Source of the DNA: a virus
Taxonomy: Duplodnaviria > Caudoviricetes
IMG/VR virus record: IMGVR_UViG_3300048881_000349
Span: 1 to 53,010 of that record
Direction: 5' to 3' (one strand)
Length of the DNA: 53,010 bases
The position numbers and the translations under genes are program-made. Below the pieces are notes generated by a model. That model was not told where the DNA came from and ran no database searches. It saw nothing but the letters and a program-made list of their open reading frames with translations. Below, in pieces: positions 17,958-29,200 of this stretch (within the stretch, counting starts at the first letter, position 1; each line of letters starts with the position of its first letter).

Positions 17958-19574
17958 ATGAAGATTCAGCACGCGGCTTTCCGGGGCGAAATTCCGATCC
18001 TGGACCCTCGCCTATTGCCCGAGAACAACGCCCAGGTGGCCCGCAATCTTGACCTAAAGCGCGGCACCCTGAAGCCATACAAGGGCGTAACAGCGGCCTC
18101 AAGCCTGCCTGCAACGATCAATCCCGCGAATCTCTGGCGGTATGACGAGGGCAACAACGGCGCCGGCTTCTGGTTTTCATGGGGCAGTGAGTACGACGTG
18201 GATGTGGTGCGCTCACCGATTGCCAACGATGCGTATGCCCGCGTCTACTGGACCGGACAGGATGACCCGAAAATGGGCTCCATTGCGCAACTGACCACTG
18301 GCACCGGCCCCTATCCGTCCGCCTGGTATCAGCTTGGCGTGCCCGCGCCCGACTCCGGCCCTTCCGTGGCCGCGCCTGCCTCCCGTGTTGACGTTCCCGA
18401 TACTGCCCTTGAAACCGCTTATGTCGTTACGCTCGTGACCGAGTTTGGCGAGGAAGGCCCGCCGTCTGATCCGTCTGGCTTTGTGCTGCGTTGGGACGAC
18501 ACCGTGGACAACCCGGACTTTGGCGAGGTTGAAGTGACCCTGCCAGCCGTACCGACCGCCAACCTGAACATCACCATGAAGCGCTTGTATCGGGTGGAGA
18601 GTGGCGGCACCTATCAGTTGGTAACCGAATTGCCGGCTGCAACCGGCACCTACACCGACAACGTGCCGTCTGAGCAGCTGGGTATTGCCTTGGTCTCACT
18701 GGAATGGGATGGCCCGAACGCGGCCATGCAAGGACTGACCACGCTCCCGGGCGGGATTCTCGTCGGCTTCTTCGACAACACCCTGGCGTTTAGCGAACCG
18801 TACTTGCCGCACGCCTGGCCGATTTCCTACCAGCTATCGTTCCCCGATCCCATTGTCGCCATTGCCGCGATCAGCAGCGGGCTTGTGGTCACCACCACCG
18901 GCCAGCCCTGGCTCGTCACCGGCTCCAGTCCGGAGGCCATGGCGCAGATGGAACTGGACGTAAATCAGCCTTGCCTATCCAAGCGCTCGATGGTGGATAT
19001 GGGCGGGTACGCAATCTATGCCGGCTACGACGGTCTAGTGGCCATTGGCGGCAGCGAGGCCCGAGTCATCACGTCTGACGTTATCGGTCGGGATCAATGG
19101 CTGGCCCTGAGCCCTTCGACCATTCACGCCTATCTGTATAACGGCTCGTATCTCGGCTTCACCGATACCGGCTCGTTCCTGTTTACGCCCGGTGTTGGCT
19201 TTGAATTCTTCGATACCCAGGCCGACGCCGGGTATTACGACATCGCCGAGGACAACCTGTACCTGGTGCAGGGTGCCAGCATTGTCACCTGGAACACCGG
19301 TACCCCGCAGACCTTCACCTGGCGCTCACGCATCCATGAATTTCCTCCCGGCTCTGCTGGCTTCACCTGCGGCAAGGTCATTGCGTACGCCTACCCGGTG
19401 CAATTAACCGTTTACGCCGACGGCCAGACCGTGCTGGATCAGGCCGTTCAGAGTGCGAGCATGTTCCGGATGCCGCCCGGCTTCACCCTGGCCCGTGATT
19501 GGGAGGTGGTGTTGAGCGGCGCCGTTGAGGTGGCCAGTGTGCAGCTGGCGACCAGCCCGGGAGAATTGGTCTAA
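17958..19574 (+). CDS. Tail nozzle/stabilisation protein
   Basis: FRGEIP.LDPRLLP.N.AQ.A.N N-terminus, FSEPYLPHAWP, beta-propeller-like body. Confidence 0.7.
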   Translation: MKIQHAAFRGEIPILDPRLLPENNAQVARNLDLKRGTLKPYKGVTAASSLPATINPANLWRYDEGNNGAGFWFSWGSEYDVDVVRSPIANDAYARVYWTGQDDPKMGSIAQLTTGTGPYPSAWYQLGVPAPDSGPSVAAPASRVDVPDTALETAYVVTLVTEFGEEGPPSDPSGFVLRWDDTVDNPDFGEVEVTLPAVPTANLNITMKRLYRVESGGTYQLVTELPAATGTYTDNVPSEQLGIALVSLEWDGPNAAMQGLTTLPGGILVGFFDNTLAFSEPYLPHAWPISYQLSFPDPIVAIAAISSGLVVTTTGQPWLVTGSSPEAMAQMELDVNQPCLSKRSMVDMGGYAIYAGYDGLVAIGGSEARVITSDVIGRDQWLALSPSTIHAYLYNGSYLGFTDTGSFLFTPGVGFEFFDTQADAGYYDIAEDNLYLVQGASIVTWNTGTPQTFTWRSRIHEFPPGSAGFTCGKVIAYAYPVQLTVYADGQTVLDQAVQSASMFRMPPGFTLARDWEVVLSGAVEVASVQLATSPGELV

Positions 19575-22063
19575 TGGCTCGCCGCAAGACGCTCCCGCAA
19601 GTCTCCCCGAAGGTGGCCAATGAGCTCAAGCCTCTGGTTACCGCGATCAAGGAGATCATCGAAACCGGCGAGGGTGTGCGCGGTGATCCGCTGGACCGCA
19701 AGATCACGCTCCGGGACCTGGTGGATGGCGGCATCGTCAAGATCAAGGGCGGCCTGAGCCCGAACAATCCGGGCAGCCTGGAGCCGAGCCCGCCGCCGCC
19801 AAATCTGTCTGTCCCTCCGGCCCCGACTGGCTTCAACGCCATTGGCGGCTTTGACGGTCGCATCGACCTGACGTGGGACATTCCAGGCTCGCTGTACTCC
19901 AATCACGCCTACACCAATATCTACCGGGCGGAAGAAGACAACTTCGCCAATGCGATTCTGGTCGGGCGGGAAGCCGGCGCGTTCTATACCGATGTGGTGC
20001 GCGATGACGTGGTGCCGAAGCCGTATTACTACTGGATTTCGTTCACCTCAACGAGCGACATTGAAGGTCCGCTGAACAGCCCATCCGGCACGATGGCCCA
20101 GGCGCTGGACATTGATTACATTGTGGACCTGCTCGACGGCAAGATTTCCGAGAGCGAGCTGGCCAATGAATTGCTGACGCCGATTCAGGCCATTCCCGGC
20201 ATTCAGACCACGCTGCTCGATCACGACGCCCGCATTGATACGATTCAGACTGCGGTTAACGAAGTTCTGAACCTGCCGGCGTTCGACAGCGCCGTGAGCT
20301 ACGACCCCGGCGACACCGTGAAATACAACGGCTACGCCTGGCGGGCGCTGGTCACCATGACCGCCCCCAGCCCGACCCCGGTCGAGGGCGCAAACTGGAC
20401 CCAGATCGGCGCGTACCAGACCTATGACGACCTGCTTTCAGCCAATGCTGTAGCCATCGCGGACAACGCAACCCGCATCACCACAGCGGAAGGCCAGATC
20501 ACCAGCATTTCGTCGGACGTGACCAGCCTGCAAACCGATGTATCCGACAACGACTCCAGCCTGGCCGCGCAAGCACTCTCTATCAGCAGCCTGGAATCCC
20601 GGGTTACGACCAACGAGGGCGACATTTCCTCGGTCAGCGCCAGCATTACCCTGCTGGAAAACGGCCTGACCACGGCAGAGGGCGATATTACCGCCAACAG
20701 CACGGCGTTGAACCTGCTGGACAACCGGGTAACCAGTGCTGAAGGCACCATCTTAGCCAACAGTGCAGACATTACCCAGCTGCAGGCCGATGTGCAGGCG
20801 CTGGACGTGGACGGTAACGCCCAGGCACTTCAGGACTTGGATGTGCGCGTCACTGCCAACGAGCAGGACATTACAGCGGTTGCCAGCGACGTGACCACGC
20901 TCACGGCCTCGGTCAACGGCAACACCAGCGCCCTGCAAACCAAGGCGGAAGTGTCCGCAGTCCAGAACCTTGAGGACGACATAACCGTTCTGTCCGCCCA
21001 GTACACCATCAAACTCGACGTGAATGGGCGTGTTGCAGGCATCGGCCTGGCCAACGTCAACGGTGCCAGTGAGTTTATTGTCGCCTCGGACGCCGTGTAC
21101 TTCATCGACCCGGGGCAATCCATCGCCCCCTTCGATCCGGACACCAACTACTCCAGCATGGCCGCCGTGCGCGACACGCAACTGGTCTTTGGCTATGCCG
21201 AGGTCGAGGGCTTCAAGCGCTTCGTGATCAACGTTCCGGCCTATATCCCCGAGGGCTATATTGAGTCGGGCATGGTCGGCGCCATCAGCTTTGGCAAGAT
21301 CACCACTGATACCGGTGTCCCGGTAACAACAGTCTCCGGGAAGCTGAAAGCCGATTACGTCGACGTGGACAATCTGAGCGTTGCAGAGGCTGCCACCTTC
21401 TTCGGGGATGCGCAGTCAGGTAACTTTTCAGCGGGTAACTCCGGGTGGCGGTTGCAGCAATCCGGCACCGTCGAGTTTTACAACGGCACCTTCCGGGGCC
21501 GCATTGAAGCAAATACCGGGTACATCAGTCAGAACCTGCAGATTGGCGGAACCAGTCAGGATGTTGGCGACGTGCTGCAAATGGCGCAGGACGCTGATGC
21601 AGGCTTGTCCATTGTTGATAGCTGGAAAAAGCCGGGTTACACCCTGATCGACGGCAACAAGATCTTCACCGGTGATGCCTACGTCGATACGCTGCAGATC
21701 AAGGGGCAGGCGGTGACAATCCCTGCAGGCGCTCGAAGACAGTCGCCTCTGGCTATTGGCTCGTCCTTTACTACTGTGGCTTCCTTTAACTTTAACAACA
21801 ACACAGATGGCGCAATAGGTGGAATTCTTACGGGGTTTGTCAGAGTAACCAGCGCTTTTGGCCAAGCCACCATAAAAGTAGAAGCTCGCGCCGTCGTGAA
21901 CGGTACTCCTGTCGAGATCATGCAGGCACCAGATATTGCGCCGATATCTGCTTACGTTTCTTTGCCTAAAGGCGTTTTCTCTGTAGCAATTCAGGCACGA
22001 CAGATAAACGGCTCGTCCATGAGCGTTGTCGGCAGTATTGCTGTAATTGGAGCAAAAAGATGA
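19574..22063 (+). CDS. Tail fibre/host-specificity protein with CBM5/12-like module and coiled coil
   Basis: SYDPGDTVKYNGYAWRA (CBM-like), heptad repeats, YTIKLDVNGRVAGIGL (J-like); low-GC C-terminus. Confidence 0.8.
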   Translation: MARRKTLPQVSPKVANELKPLVTAIKEIIETGEGVRGDPLDRKITLRDLVDGGIVKIKGGLSPNNPGSLEPSPPPPNLSVPPAPTGFNAIGGFDGRIDLTWDIPGSLYSNHAYTNIYRAEEDNFANAILVGREAGAFYTDVVRDDVVPKPYYYWISFTSTSDIEGPLNSPSGTMAQALDIDYIVDLLDGKISESELANELLTPIQAIPGIQTTLLDHDARIDTIQTAVNEVLNLPAFDSAVSYDPGDTVKYNGYAWRALVTMTAPSPTPVEGANWTQIGAYQTYDDLLSANAVAIADNATRITTAEGQITSISSDVTSLQTDVSDNDSSLAAQALSISSLESRVTTNEGDISSVSASITLLENGLTTAEGDITANSTALNLLDNRVTSAEGTILANSADITQLQADVQALDVDGNAQALQDLDVRVTANEQDITAVASDVTTLTASVNGNTSALQTKAEVSAVQNLEDDITVLSAQYTIKLDVNGRVAGIGLANVNGASEFIVASDAVYFIDPGQSIAPFDPDTNYSSMAAVRDTQLVFGYAEVEGFKRFVINVPAYIPEGYIESGMVGAISFGKITTDTGVPVTTVSGKLKADYVDVDNLSVAEAATFFGDAQSGNFSAGNSGWRLQQSGTVEFYNGTFRGRIEANTGYISQNLQIGGTSQDVGDVLQMAQDADAGLSIVDSWKKPGYTLIDGNKIFTGDAYVDTLQIKGQAVTIPAGARRQSPLAIGSSFTTVASFNFNNNTDGAIGGILTGFVRVTSAFGQATIKVEARAVVNGTPVEIMQAPDIAPISAYVSLPKGVFSVAIQARQINGSSMSVVGSIAVIGAKR

Positions 22064-22467
22064 TAAGCCATTTTGCGGTATATGATTCCAGGGGACTTAT
22101 AACAGGAATAGTGTCTTGCCCTAAAAGCATGGGGAAGCTGCAAGGCACAACTGAACGTCCTGCAATCGAAGTCCCTGAAACTGTTACAGACTCTAACAGC
22201 TATATAGCAGCCGGCGAAGTTTTGCCGAAGCAACCTTTAAATCTGCAAATACTCTCTATTCGAATTATTGCTAACGGTACAGATGAGTGTGTAATCAGCA
22301 ACGTTCCGGCTGGTACGACGGTTGAGTGGCCAGATGGTCAGACCGACGAAGTGACCGATGGTGAGGTGCGATTCTCGGTTGATCTTGCCGGCACTTACAC
22401 CCTGCGATTCTCAGCCATTCCTTATCTGGATCAGGAGGTGGCCATTGAAGCGGTCATTCCAACTTAA
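22060..22467 (+). CDS. Tail fibre-associated protein/chaperone
   Basis: FAVYD..G.I N-terminus; coupled to fibre gene; low-GC 5' half. Confidence 0.6.
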   Translation: MISHFAVYDSRGLITGIVSCPKSMGKLQGTTERPAIEVPETVTDSNSYIAAGEVLPKQPLNLQILSIRIIANGTDECVISNVPAGTTVEWPDGQTDEVTDGEVRFSVDLAGTYTLRFSAIPYLDQEVAIEAVIPT

Positions 22468-22831
22468 TCCGGATAACCGTCCGGCAACGTGGGCGCAGAT
22501 CAAGCACTGGCGCGACACGCACGAAACCGCGCCGGTGGATACCACCTTTGGCAATTTTGATTGCGACGAGCGCAGCGATGCCCGCATGAGCGGCTCCATC
22601 GAATTGTTCGACAATTTGCCAACAGTTCAGGCTGGCAAGCTCACCTGGAAGCGGGGCGACAACTCGTTCATTCAGCTGACCAAGGCCGAACTTGAGCAAG
22701 TCTACGCCGAGGTCAAGCTGAACCGGGCCGCACGCGGCGCCCTTCTGCACGTCCGCGCCGAGCAATTCAAACAGATGGACCCGACGCCGACCCCGGCGCA
22801 GTTGTCCGACCTTTCGTACTGGCTCAACTGA
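22445..22831 (+). CDS. DUF4376-like tail fibre accessory protein
   Basis: IKHWRD..E, FDCDERS, WKRGDNS...L pattern; TTG start after AGGAGG. Confidence 0.6.
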   Translation: MKRSFQLNPDNRPATWAQIKHWRDTHETAPVDTTFGNFDCDERSDARMSGSIELFDNLPTVQAGKLTWKRGDNSFIQLTKAELEQVYAEVKLNRAARGALLHVRAEQFKQMDPTPTPAQLSDLSYWLN

Positions 22832-22841
22832 GGAAATCACC

Positions 22842-23135
22842 ATGCGTGACTGGATTGGTGGGATTGCGGCCTGGCTCTCCCAGGGGATCAACTGTGCCTT
22901 GCTGTCTGGCAGCCCGGATATGACCGTCTCGGCCCGCTGCTTCATCAACCGGGATCAGCCGCGCTGGCGCACCGGGTACAAGATCATTAACCGGATCTTT
23001 TTCTGGCAGCAGGACCACTGTCGGCGCAGCTTCCAATCGGACGTTATTTACGCTATTTCAGTGCTGAAAGCTCATGATAATGATAAAATCATTGCGCGGA
23101 ATCAGAAACTAGGGCAACTCTATGCCGAACACTGA
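22842..23135 (+). CDS. Hypothetical protein
   Basis: GAGG RBS; GSPDMTVSAR...INRIFFWQQDHC motif common in phages. Confidence 0.65.
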   Translation: MRDWIGGIAAWLSQGINCALLSGSPDMTVSARCFINRDQPRWRTGYKIINRIFFWQQDHCRRSFQSDVIYAISVLKAHDNDKIIARNQKLGQLYAEH

Positions 23136-23523
23136 CGAGGCAATCCGGCCCATACTGTCCCACAACATTCCCATTGTTTGGGGAGACATTGCCGATGGCA
23201 TTGAGGCCGTCCGGGCCAAGGCCGGCATTGACGACCCCGAACAAATCTTCCGCCGGTTATGCCGCTCCGAAGCCTTCCTATTTTTCGTTCCCGAAGGATT
23301 TTTCATTCTGCTCCCCGTTTATAGGCAAGTGCCTAGCGTGTTGGTATGGGTGGCGTATAGCAAAGGCACCGGCCTGATCGGCAAATACCTCCCGAAGATT
23401 GAATCGCTGGCCCGGGATATTGGCGCCGAGCAACTGGAATTTACATCTGACCGCCCGGGTTACCGGCGCGCTTTCCGAGACTGGCAACGCACCGGCCAGA
23501 GATATATCAGGAGGCTTTCATGA
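23122..23523 (+). CDS. GNAT-like virion assembly protein
   Basis: VLVWVAY...IESLARDIGAEQLEFTSDRPGY pattern; precedes ejection proteins. Confidence 0.5.
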   Translation: MPNTDEAIRPILSHNIPIVWGDIADGIEAVRAKAGIDDPEQIFRRLCRSEAFLFFVPEGFFILLPVYRQVPSVLVWVAYSKGTGLIGKYLPKIESLARDIGAEQLEFTSDRPGYRRAFRDWQRTGQRYIRRLS

Positions 23524-24194
23524 GCAAAGGCGGGAACGACATTGAAGATACCCCGGAGCAGCGATACCTGGCGCAAGTGGCCGCTGAAAAGTGGAACTTT
23601 GCGCAAGAGAATCTTGCCCCTCTGGAAGATGAGTACATGGCGTCGGTCGATGCCATGGATTCCGAGGGCAAAATGTCCTACATCCGGGGCCGGACCATGC
23701 AGGCCCAGACGCAGGCGCAATCTCAGGCGCAGGGTGATCTGTCCCGGGGCTTGGGCAAAGCAGGCATCAACCCGAACAGTGGCCGCGCTCAAGGCGATCA
23801 GACCGGATTGGCACTGGACATTGCCGAGGCCGGGGGCGAGAACCTGGGGCGTGCGCAGTTCGAACAGGACAACCAGAAGGTGATGGGCCTGCAGAACATT
23901 ACCGCCATTGGCCAGGGGCAATCAGGCCGTGCACAGGCAGGACTCTCCCGCATGGCACAGGAGTCTTCTGCCGATGCCATCAATGACGCACAGCAAGCCT
24001 TCAACCGCCGCAGTGCCAACCTGCAACTGATCGGCACCGTGGCCGGGGCAGGGACGCGGTACGGGATGGAGGGGATGAATGCGCCCTCAACCGAAGGCTA
24101 CGGCATGGATACCGGCTTCGATACGTCGGCCAACAACTTCGGCCTCGATGACAGCTCCGGTGGCTTCTACGACTACGCAGGAGGTTACTCATGA
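23520..24194 (+). CDS. Internal virion/ejection protein
   Basis: MSKGG start; Gln/Ala/Gly-rich helical sequence. Confidence 0.65.
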   Translation: MSKGGNDIEDTPEQRYLAQVAAEKWNFAQENLAPLEDEYMASVDAMDSEGKMSYIRGRTMQAQTQAQSQAQGDLSRGLGKAGINPNSGRAQGDQTGLALDIAEAGGENLGRAQFEQDNQKVMGLQNITAIGQGQSGRAQAGLSRMAQESSADAINDAQQAFNRRSANLQLIGTVAGAGTRYGMEGMNAPSTEGYGMDTGFDTSANNFGLDDSSGGFYDYAGGYS

Positions 24195-24676
24195 ACATTA
24201 TGCAGGACGCCTTCTACAACTTTGAGAACCAGCAGTTCGACCAGAACAATCCGGACAACTTCATCAACCCAAATCAAGCCTTTCAGGGGAATCAAGGTGC
24301 CTCCGAACTGCTCGGCCAACTCTCCCGCGCTCAATGGGAGGACTGGAAAGCCCGGTTCGCACCGTACATCACGAAACTGGCCGACTACGCCACGGACCCC
24401 AATGCGGCACAGGATGCGGCCACACAGGCCAAGTCCAGCGTTGGCCTGGCGTTCGACACCGCGACCACCGTCAACGACCAGAACCGTGAGCGGTATGGCG
24501 TGAATCTCAGCCCGGAACAACAGGCGGCACAGCAACGCGCCACCAGCGTAGGCCGAACCGCCGCCATGGCCACCGCAGGCAACGAGGCTCGCATTTCCGC
24601 CCTTGACCGTCAGCAGGCCATTCTGGCCGGCGGCATGGGGCTTTCAAACATTCCTGACAGGGTGATGAACTCATGA
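24191..24676 (+). CDS. Internal virion/ejection protein
   Basis: Ala/Gln-rich; coupled. Confidence 0.6.
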   Translation: MNIMQDAFYNFENQQFDQNNPDNFINPNQAFQGNQGASELLGQLSRAQWEDWKARFAPYITKLADYATDPNAAQDAATQAKSSVGLAFDTATTVNDQNRERYGVNLSPEQQAAQQRATSVGRTAAMATAGNEARISALDRQQAILAGGMGLSNIPDRVMNS

Positions 24677-24912
24677 GCTACGGACTTCTAGGATTGCGCA
24701 AACAGATGGAAGGCGAGGCCATGCAGGGCATTAGTGACCTGGCCGGACAGCAGCGGCAGGCCAAGCGAGCCGAGGAAGCAATGAAGCAGGCCGAACGCGG
24801 GCAAAAGATGAGCGCCATCGGCACCGGTGCAGGTATTGGCATGATGGCCGGCGGCCCCGTTGGTGCAGCCATTGGCGCGGGCGTTGGCTTCATCGCCTCC
24901 GAAATCTTTTAA
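24673..24912 (+). CDS. Glycine-zipper ejection protein
   Basis: GTGAGIGMMAGGPVGAAIGAGVG. Confidence 0.65.
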   Translation: MSYGLLGLRKQMEGEAMQGISDLAGQQRQAKRAEEAMKQAERGQKMSAIGTGAGIGMMAGGPVGAAIGAGVGFIASEIF

Positions 24913-24924
24913 GAGGGCAGAATC

Positions 24925-26220
24925 ATGGCACTGGATACACGAGGACTGGCGTCTGGCTTTGCTCAAGGGTTTGGCTTGGCTGATAACTATTACACCCGGC
25001 AAGAGCAGGGTGATCGGGCCGACCGTCGGCTGGATATGCAGGAAGAAACCTTCGAGATGAAGAAGGTGCAACTTGAGCAGCAGCAGGATCAGGAAACCGC
25101 CAAGTTCGTGTTTGGCAAGATTGCGAACGGCATGGACCTGGCCGACGAGGAACTGCAGTGGCTGCAAAACAAGCCGCAGTATCTGGCCGCCCTGAATCCC
25201 GAAGTCGATAAGGCGCTGGAAACCGCGCAGCGCGTCATTGATCCGAGCGATGATCTGGATCTGAACAGCGACGAAGGGCTGTACGCGATCAACACCATGT
25301 TCGAGCCGATGATTAACCGGGGCAAGGGTGGCCGAAAGCGCATTGCCGCAGGGCTGCCCGGGCGCACCGAGGGCACGATGGCCTTTGAGCTGGATGTGGA
25401 GGGCGAGGACGGCACCCGATACCGCGCACCTATGACTCGCAATCGTGGCGTGGCCGGCGAGGATGACGAGATCCGGGAAGTGCCGGTTGAAAGCCTGGTC
25501 AATACCGCGCAGGGCTATCGCGTTCTGAGAAACGTCATCAACACCAATGGCGCCAGTGAGAATGCGGCCAGGTTGTATTCGATGCTAACTGGCAAGACTC
25601 AGGAGCCGGTTAAGGGCATCAATATTAACGGTCAACTGGTCAACCCCGAAACCGGCGAGGCTATGGGTGACTTCCGGACGCCGGAGCAAAGAGGTGAGCG
25701 CGGATCCGGCAAAGCGCCTGCTGACGTGCAGACCGCTGAATGGATGGTTGAGAACGGCATGGCGCCGAACCTCGACGTGGCATTCAATCGCGTCAACGAG
25801 AGCCGCACCGATCCCGCACGTTTCGTGAATGACTTTGTCACCCAGGAAATGAAGTTCCAGGAATCTTCTGGTGTATTCCCGGGTGACGAGAACTACCGGG
25901 CGCCGGAACAGATGCGCGAACAGGCAATCGAGACGCTGCAGATGATTCGCTCGCGCACTCGCGGTACTGGCGAGTCAGGGCAAGACGGGCAGCCTACACC
26001 GCAGGGCCTTGAGCTTATCGACGCACAGGCCGAAACGCTGCCGCGCGATGGCACCGGGGTACCGCAAGAGGATGGTAGTATCAGTGGGCGCGTGAATCGG
26101 GATGCTGGCGGCGAGCAGCCGCAGGCTGCACCACCTGCCGCTGTTGAGCATCTGCGTAACAATCCGGGGCTGGCTGAACAGTTCCGCGCGAAATACGGAT
26201 ACCTCCCGGAGGGCATTTGA
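24925..26220 (+). CDS. Internal virion/ejection protein
   Basis: GLASGFAQGFG N-terminus; position before giant protein. Confidence 0.65.
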   Translation: MALDTRGLASGFAQGFGLADNYYTRQEQGDRADRRLDMQEETFEMKKVQLEQQQDQETAKFVFGKIANGMDLADEELQWLQNKPQYLAALNPEVDKALETAQRVIDPSDDLDLNSDEGLYAINTMFEPMINRGKGGRKRIAAGLPGRTEGTMAFELDVEGEDGTRYRAPMTRNRGVAGEDDEIREVPVESLVNTAQGYRVLRNVINTNGASENAARLYSMLTGKTQEPVKGININGQLVNPETGEAMGDFRTPEQRGERGSGKAPADVQTAEWMVENGMAPNLDVAFNRVNESRTDPARFVNDFVTQEMKFQESSGVFPGDENYRAPEQMREQAIETLQMIRSRTRGTGESGQDGQPTPQGLELIDAQAETLPRDGTGVPQEDGSISGRVNRDAGGEQPQAAPPAAVEHLRNNPGLAEQFRAKYGYLPEGI

Positions 26221-29200
26221 TGGCTAACGCCTTTGATCGGTTCGATGTTCAGGGTGGCGAGTCACCTGCGCAGCCTGCTGAAAATCCGTTTGATGCTTTT
26301 GATGTCCAGCCGGAAATCCAGCAATCGGCCCCCGTCGAAACCGATGATGATGCAGGGCTGTTCAGTAACTCCCTGCGCAATGCTGGCGAACGCGGCTTTG
26401 ATCTGCTCGGTAATGCCATCCAGTTCATTGGCAACGCTGCCGAGAAGGGCGAGAAAGCTATTACTGATCGCTTGGGCGGGCTCAACCCTGGGATGGTGAT
26501 CGATAAGTCCGACACGCTCAGAGGTAAAGGCTATGATCCTGACCTGGAGATTGGTGGCTACGGCGTAGACTTTACAAGTCGTGTTAATCCAGAAGACACG
26601 GATACTGGACTTGGGGCCGCAGGTCAGGCTGTCGAGGATGTGGGGCTCGGCTATAAGCCGAACTTCACCATCGACAAAGCGTTGGACGAGCCTACCTTGC
26701 GCAACCTGGCGGGGGCCGTTGCCGAGCAGGGGCCTGCCGCCCTCTCAGATATGGCAGCCCTCATCATCAGCACGCCCGCGTATCTGGCATCGCGCACTCA
26801 GGAAATCGGCGAGGCCCGGGTAGAAAATGATGGCGGCGACATTCGCAACGCCAGCTCGGAGTTGCAGAAAGCGATTGTCGATAACTTCGCCAACGGCACC
26901 GAGATCCCCGGAAAACTCCAGCGTGAGGCTGAGAAACTGGCCGAGAACGGCGGAATGCCAGGCCTAAAGGATTACCTTGTGGCTGGTCCGACCGCTGCTG
27001 CGTCCGTGCTGCTTGACCGGTTCGCCCTGGGTAAGTTGCTGCCCGGTGGCGGCAAGGCGGTTACCAGTGCGAAGCAAGTGCCAGGTGCTGTTGGGCGTGC
27101 TGTAGCGACAGAGGCCACGACGGAGGCTGCGCAGGAAGGCGGCATTGAGTACGCCGGCGAGTCTGTTGGCACACAAGCCGGCTGGGATCCATCGACAGCG
27201 GGCCGTCGGGCTGCTGGTGGTGCGCTGGTTGGTGGCCCGACTGGCGGCGTGGTTCGTGGCGGTACCGCCACCTATGAGGCTGCAACCGCAAAACCTCAGC
27301 AGACAGTAGATGAGCGCGAATCTGTTGGCGAAGGCGTTCGGATGGATGCCGAGCCAGACCAGGAAGCTACTGATGTTGCGCAGGACGCGGCAGGCGACGT
27401 TAATGCATTTGATCAATTCGATCAGCCCACCGCTACAGCAGAGGCCTCCGCTGAAGTATCGCCCGTTGAGCCACCAGTTGTGGGTGTTCCGGACGACCAG
27501 CAGGCAACCAACGATGACGGTTCGCCCCTGACAGAATCCGGTACCGGCGTTTTCCGTGTCCCGGTCGATCAGATCAAGGTGGATCCGGAGCAATACCAAT
27601 TCCGTAGCCGCGTGAATGAGCAGGGCGTTGATAAGCGCCTTGAAGACGTGAAGCGGTGGGACGACAAGCGAGCGGGCAGCGTGTTGCTGCATCGCCGCGA
27701 AGACGGCTCCATGTTCGTCGCTGACGGCCATCACCGGGTAGACCTGGCTCGTCGTCTGAACCAGGGTGAAATCAACGCCACGGTGATTGACGAGGCTGAT
27801 GGCGTAAGTGTGGAGCAGGCCCGTGTTGAGGCCGCCATGAACAATATTGCGGACGGCAAAGCCGAACCACTGGATGTGGCCAAGGTTTTCCGGGACAGCG
27901 AGGTGCCCGCCAACGAAGTTCGGGACATTTTCAACCTGCCGTCCAGTCAGGTGGTCCGTGACGGGGAATCACTTTCGAGATTGTCGGACAATGTGTTCGG
28001 AATGGTCGCCGCCGGCCAAGTAACGGAGAAGGACGGCGCCGCTATCGGCTCCGCATTCAGCGAGCAGAATCAACAGGAAGCTGCCGCCGACGCCTTCCAG
28101 AAGGTTCAGCCGGATACGGAATACCAGCGTCAGCTTCTGGTCAACGAAATTCGTGCCGCTGACTTTGCGCAAGCCCAGGGTGAGCAGGGCGGCCTGTTTG
28201 GCGATGACCCGCAGGAAGTGTCGCTGATGCAGGACCGGCTGAAGGTTCTGGACGCCCTACGCCAGCGCCTGAACTCCGACAAGCGCCTGTTTAAGAGCCT
28301 GAACGACAACGCCGACAGAGCTGGCGAGGCCGGCAACCAGATTGCCACCGAGGCCAACGAGAGTATCACCAAACAGAGCGCCCGCAGCCTGGACCTCATT
28401 GGCCGGGTAACCACCACGCCGGCACTGAACGAGATGGTGAACCGTGCCGCTCGCCGGGTGTATGATGGTGAAAACCGCTCCAAGGTGGTCACCGAACTGA
28501 AGCAGGAGTTGATGAGCTATGAACAGGGAGCAGATGCAGAAGTCAGCGGAGAACGTGGCCAGACACAGGGCCGCCGAGCGACTACTGAAACAAGGCAAGA
28601 GCCGCGAGACAGTGAACCAGTACCTGAGCAAGACGCCGCTGGAGAAGATCAAGGCGGACAACCGGAGAGCGGACAGCAAGAAGAAGTAACTGCAGAGCAA
28701 AGCGCGGCACAGCAAGTAATCGACAACCTCAATGACCTAAACCCTCAGCTTAACGGGGTTTTGAGGATTGAGTTTTTGACCGCCGAAGAAATGGCTCAGC
28801 GCCCGACTAGCGGCGGATATGTGAGCAAGGCGGGGCAGAATGGCGCAGTCATTAATCTTAGAGATGACGCCGGCCCCATCGAGGCACTGGAAGAAGCCCG
28901 GCACATGGTTGATATGCTGCTTGGCAACAGGGAAATGTCCAAGTGGTTGAAAGAGGATAAGGCTTTACGCGATGAAGTCTTAGCCTTCCTGAAGGAGCGC
29001 AAAGAGGCTGGCGACTTGGCGCCCGAAGCCAACTTTGCAAACGAAGAAGAAATTGTTCAGGCATTTCTTGATCAATACTTCAGGAATCCGGGCCTGGTTG
29101 AGTCTAGGTTTCCAGAGGTTTTTCAGTTTCTTGAGGCAATGGGCGCCGCCAAATACCGGGAGGCATTGCAGCCCCTGTACGACGCCCTCGCAGAGTCGCA

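Noticed and set aside
19574-22467. Diversity-generating retroelement or invertible tail-fibre cassette
   Set aside because: No reverse transcriptase, template/variable repeat pair or invertase seen
24673-24912. Bacteriocin
   Set aside because: Glycine zipper is coupled within the ejection-protein operon; no leader, transporter or immunity gene
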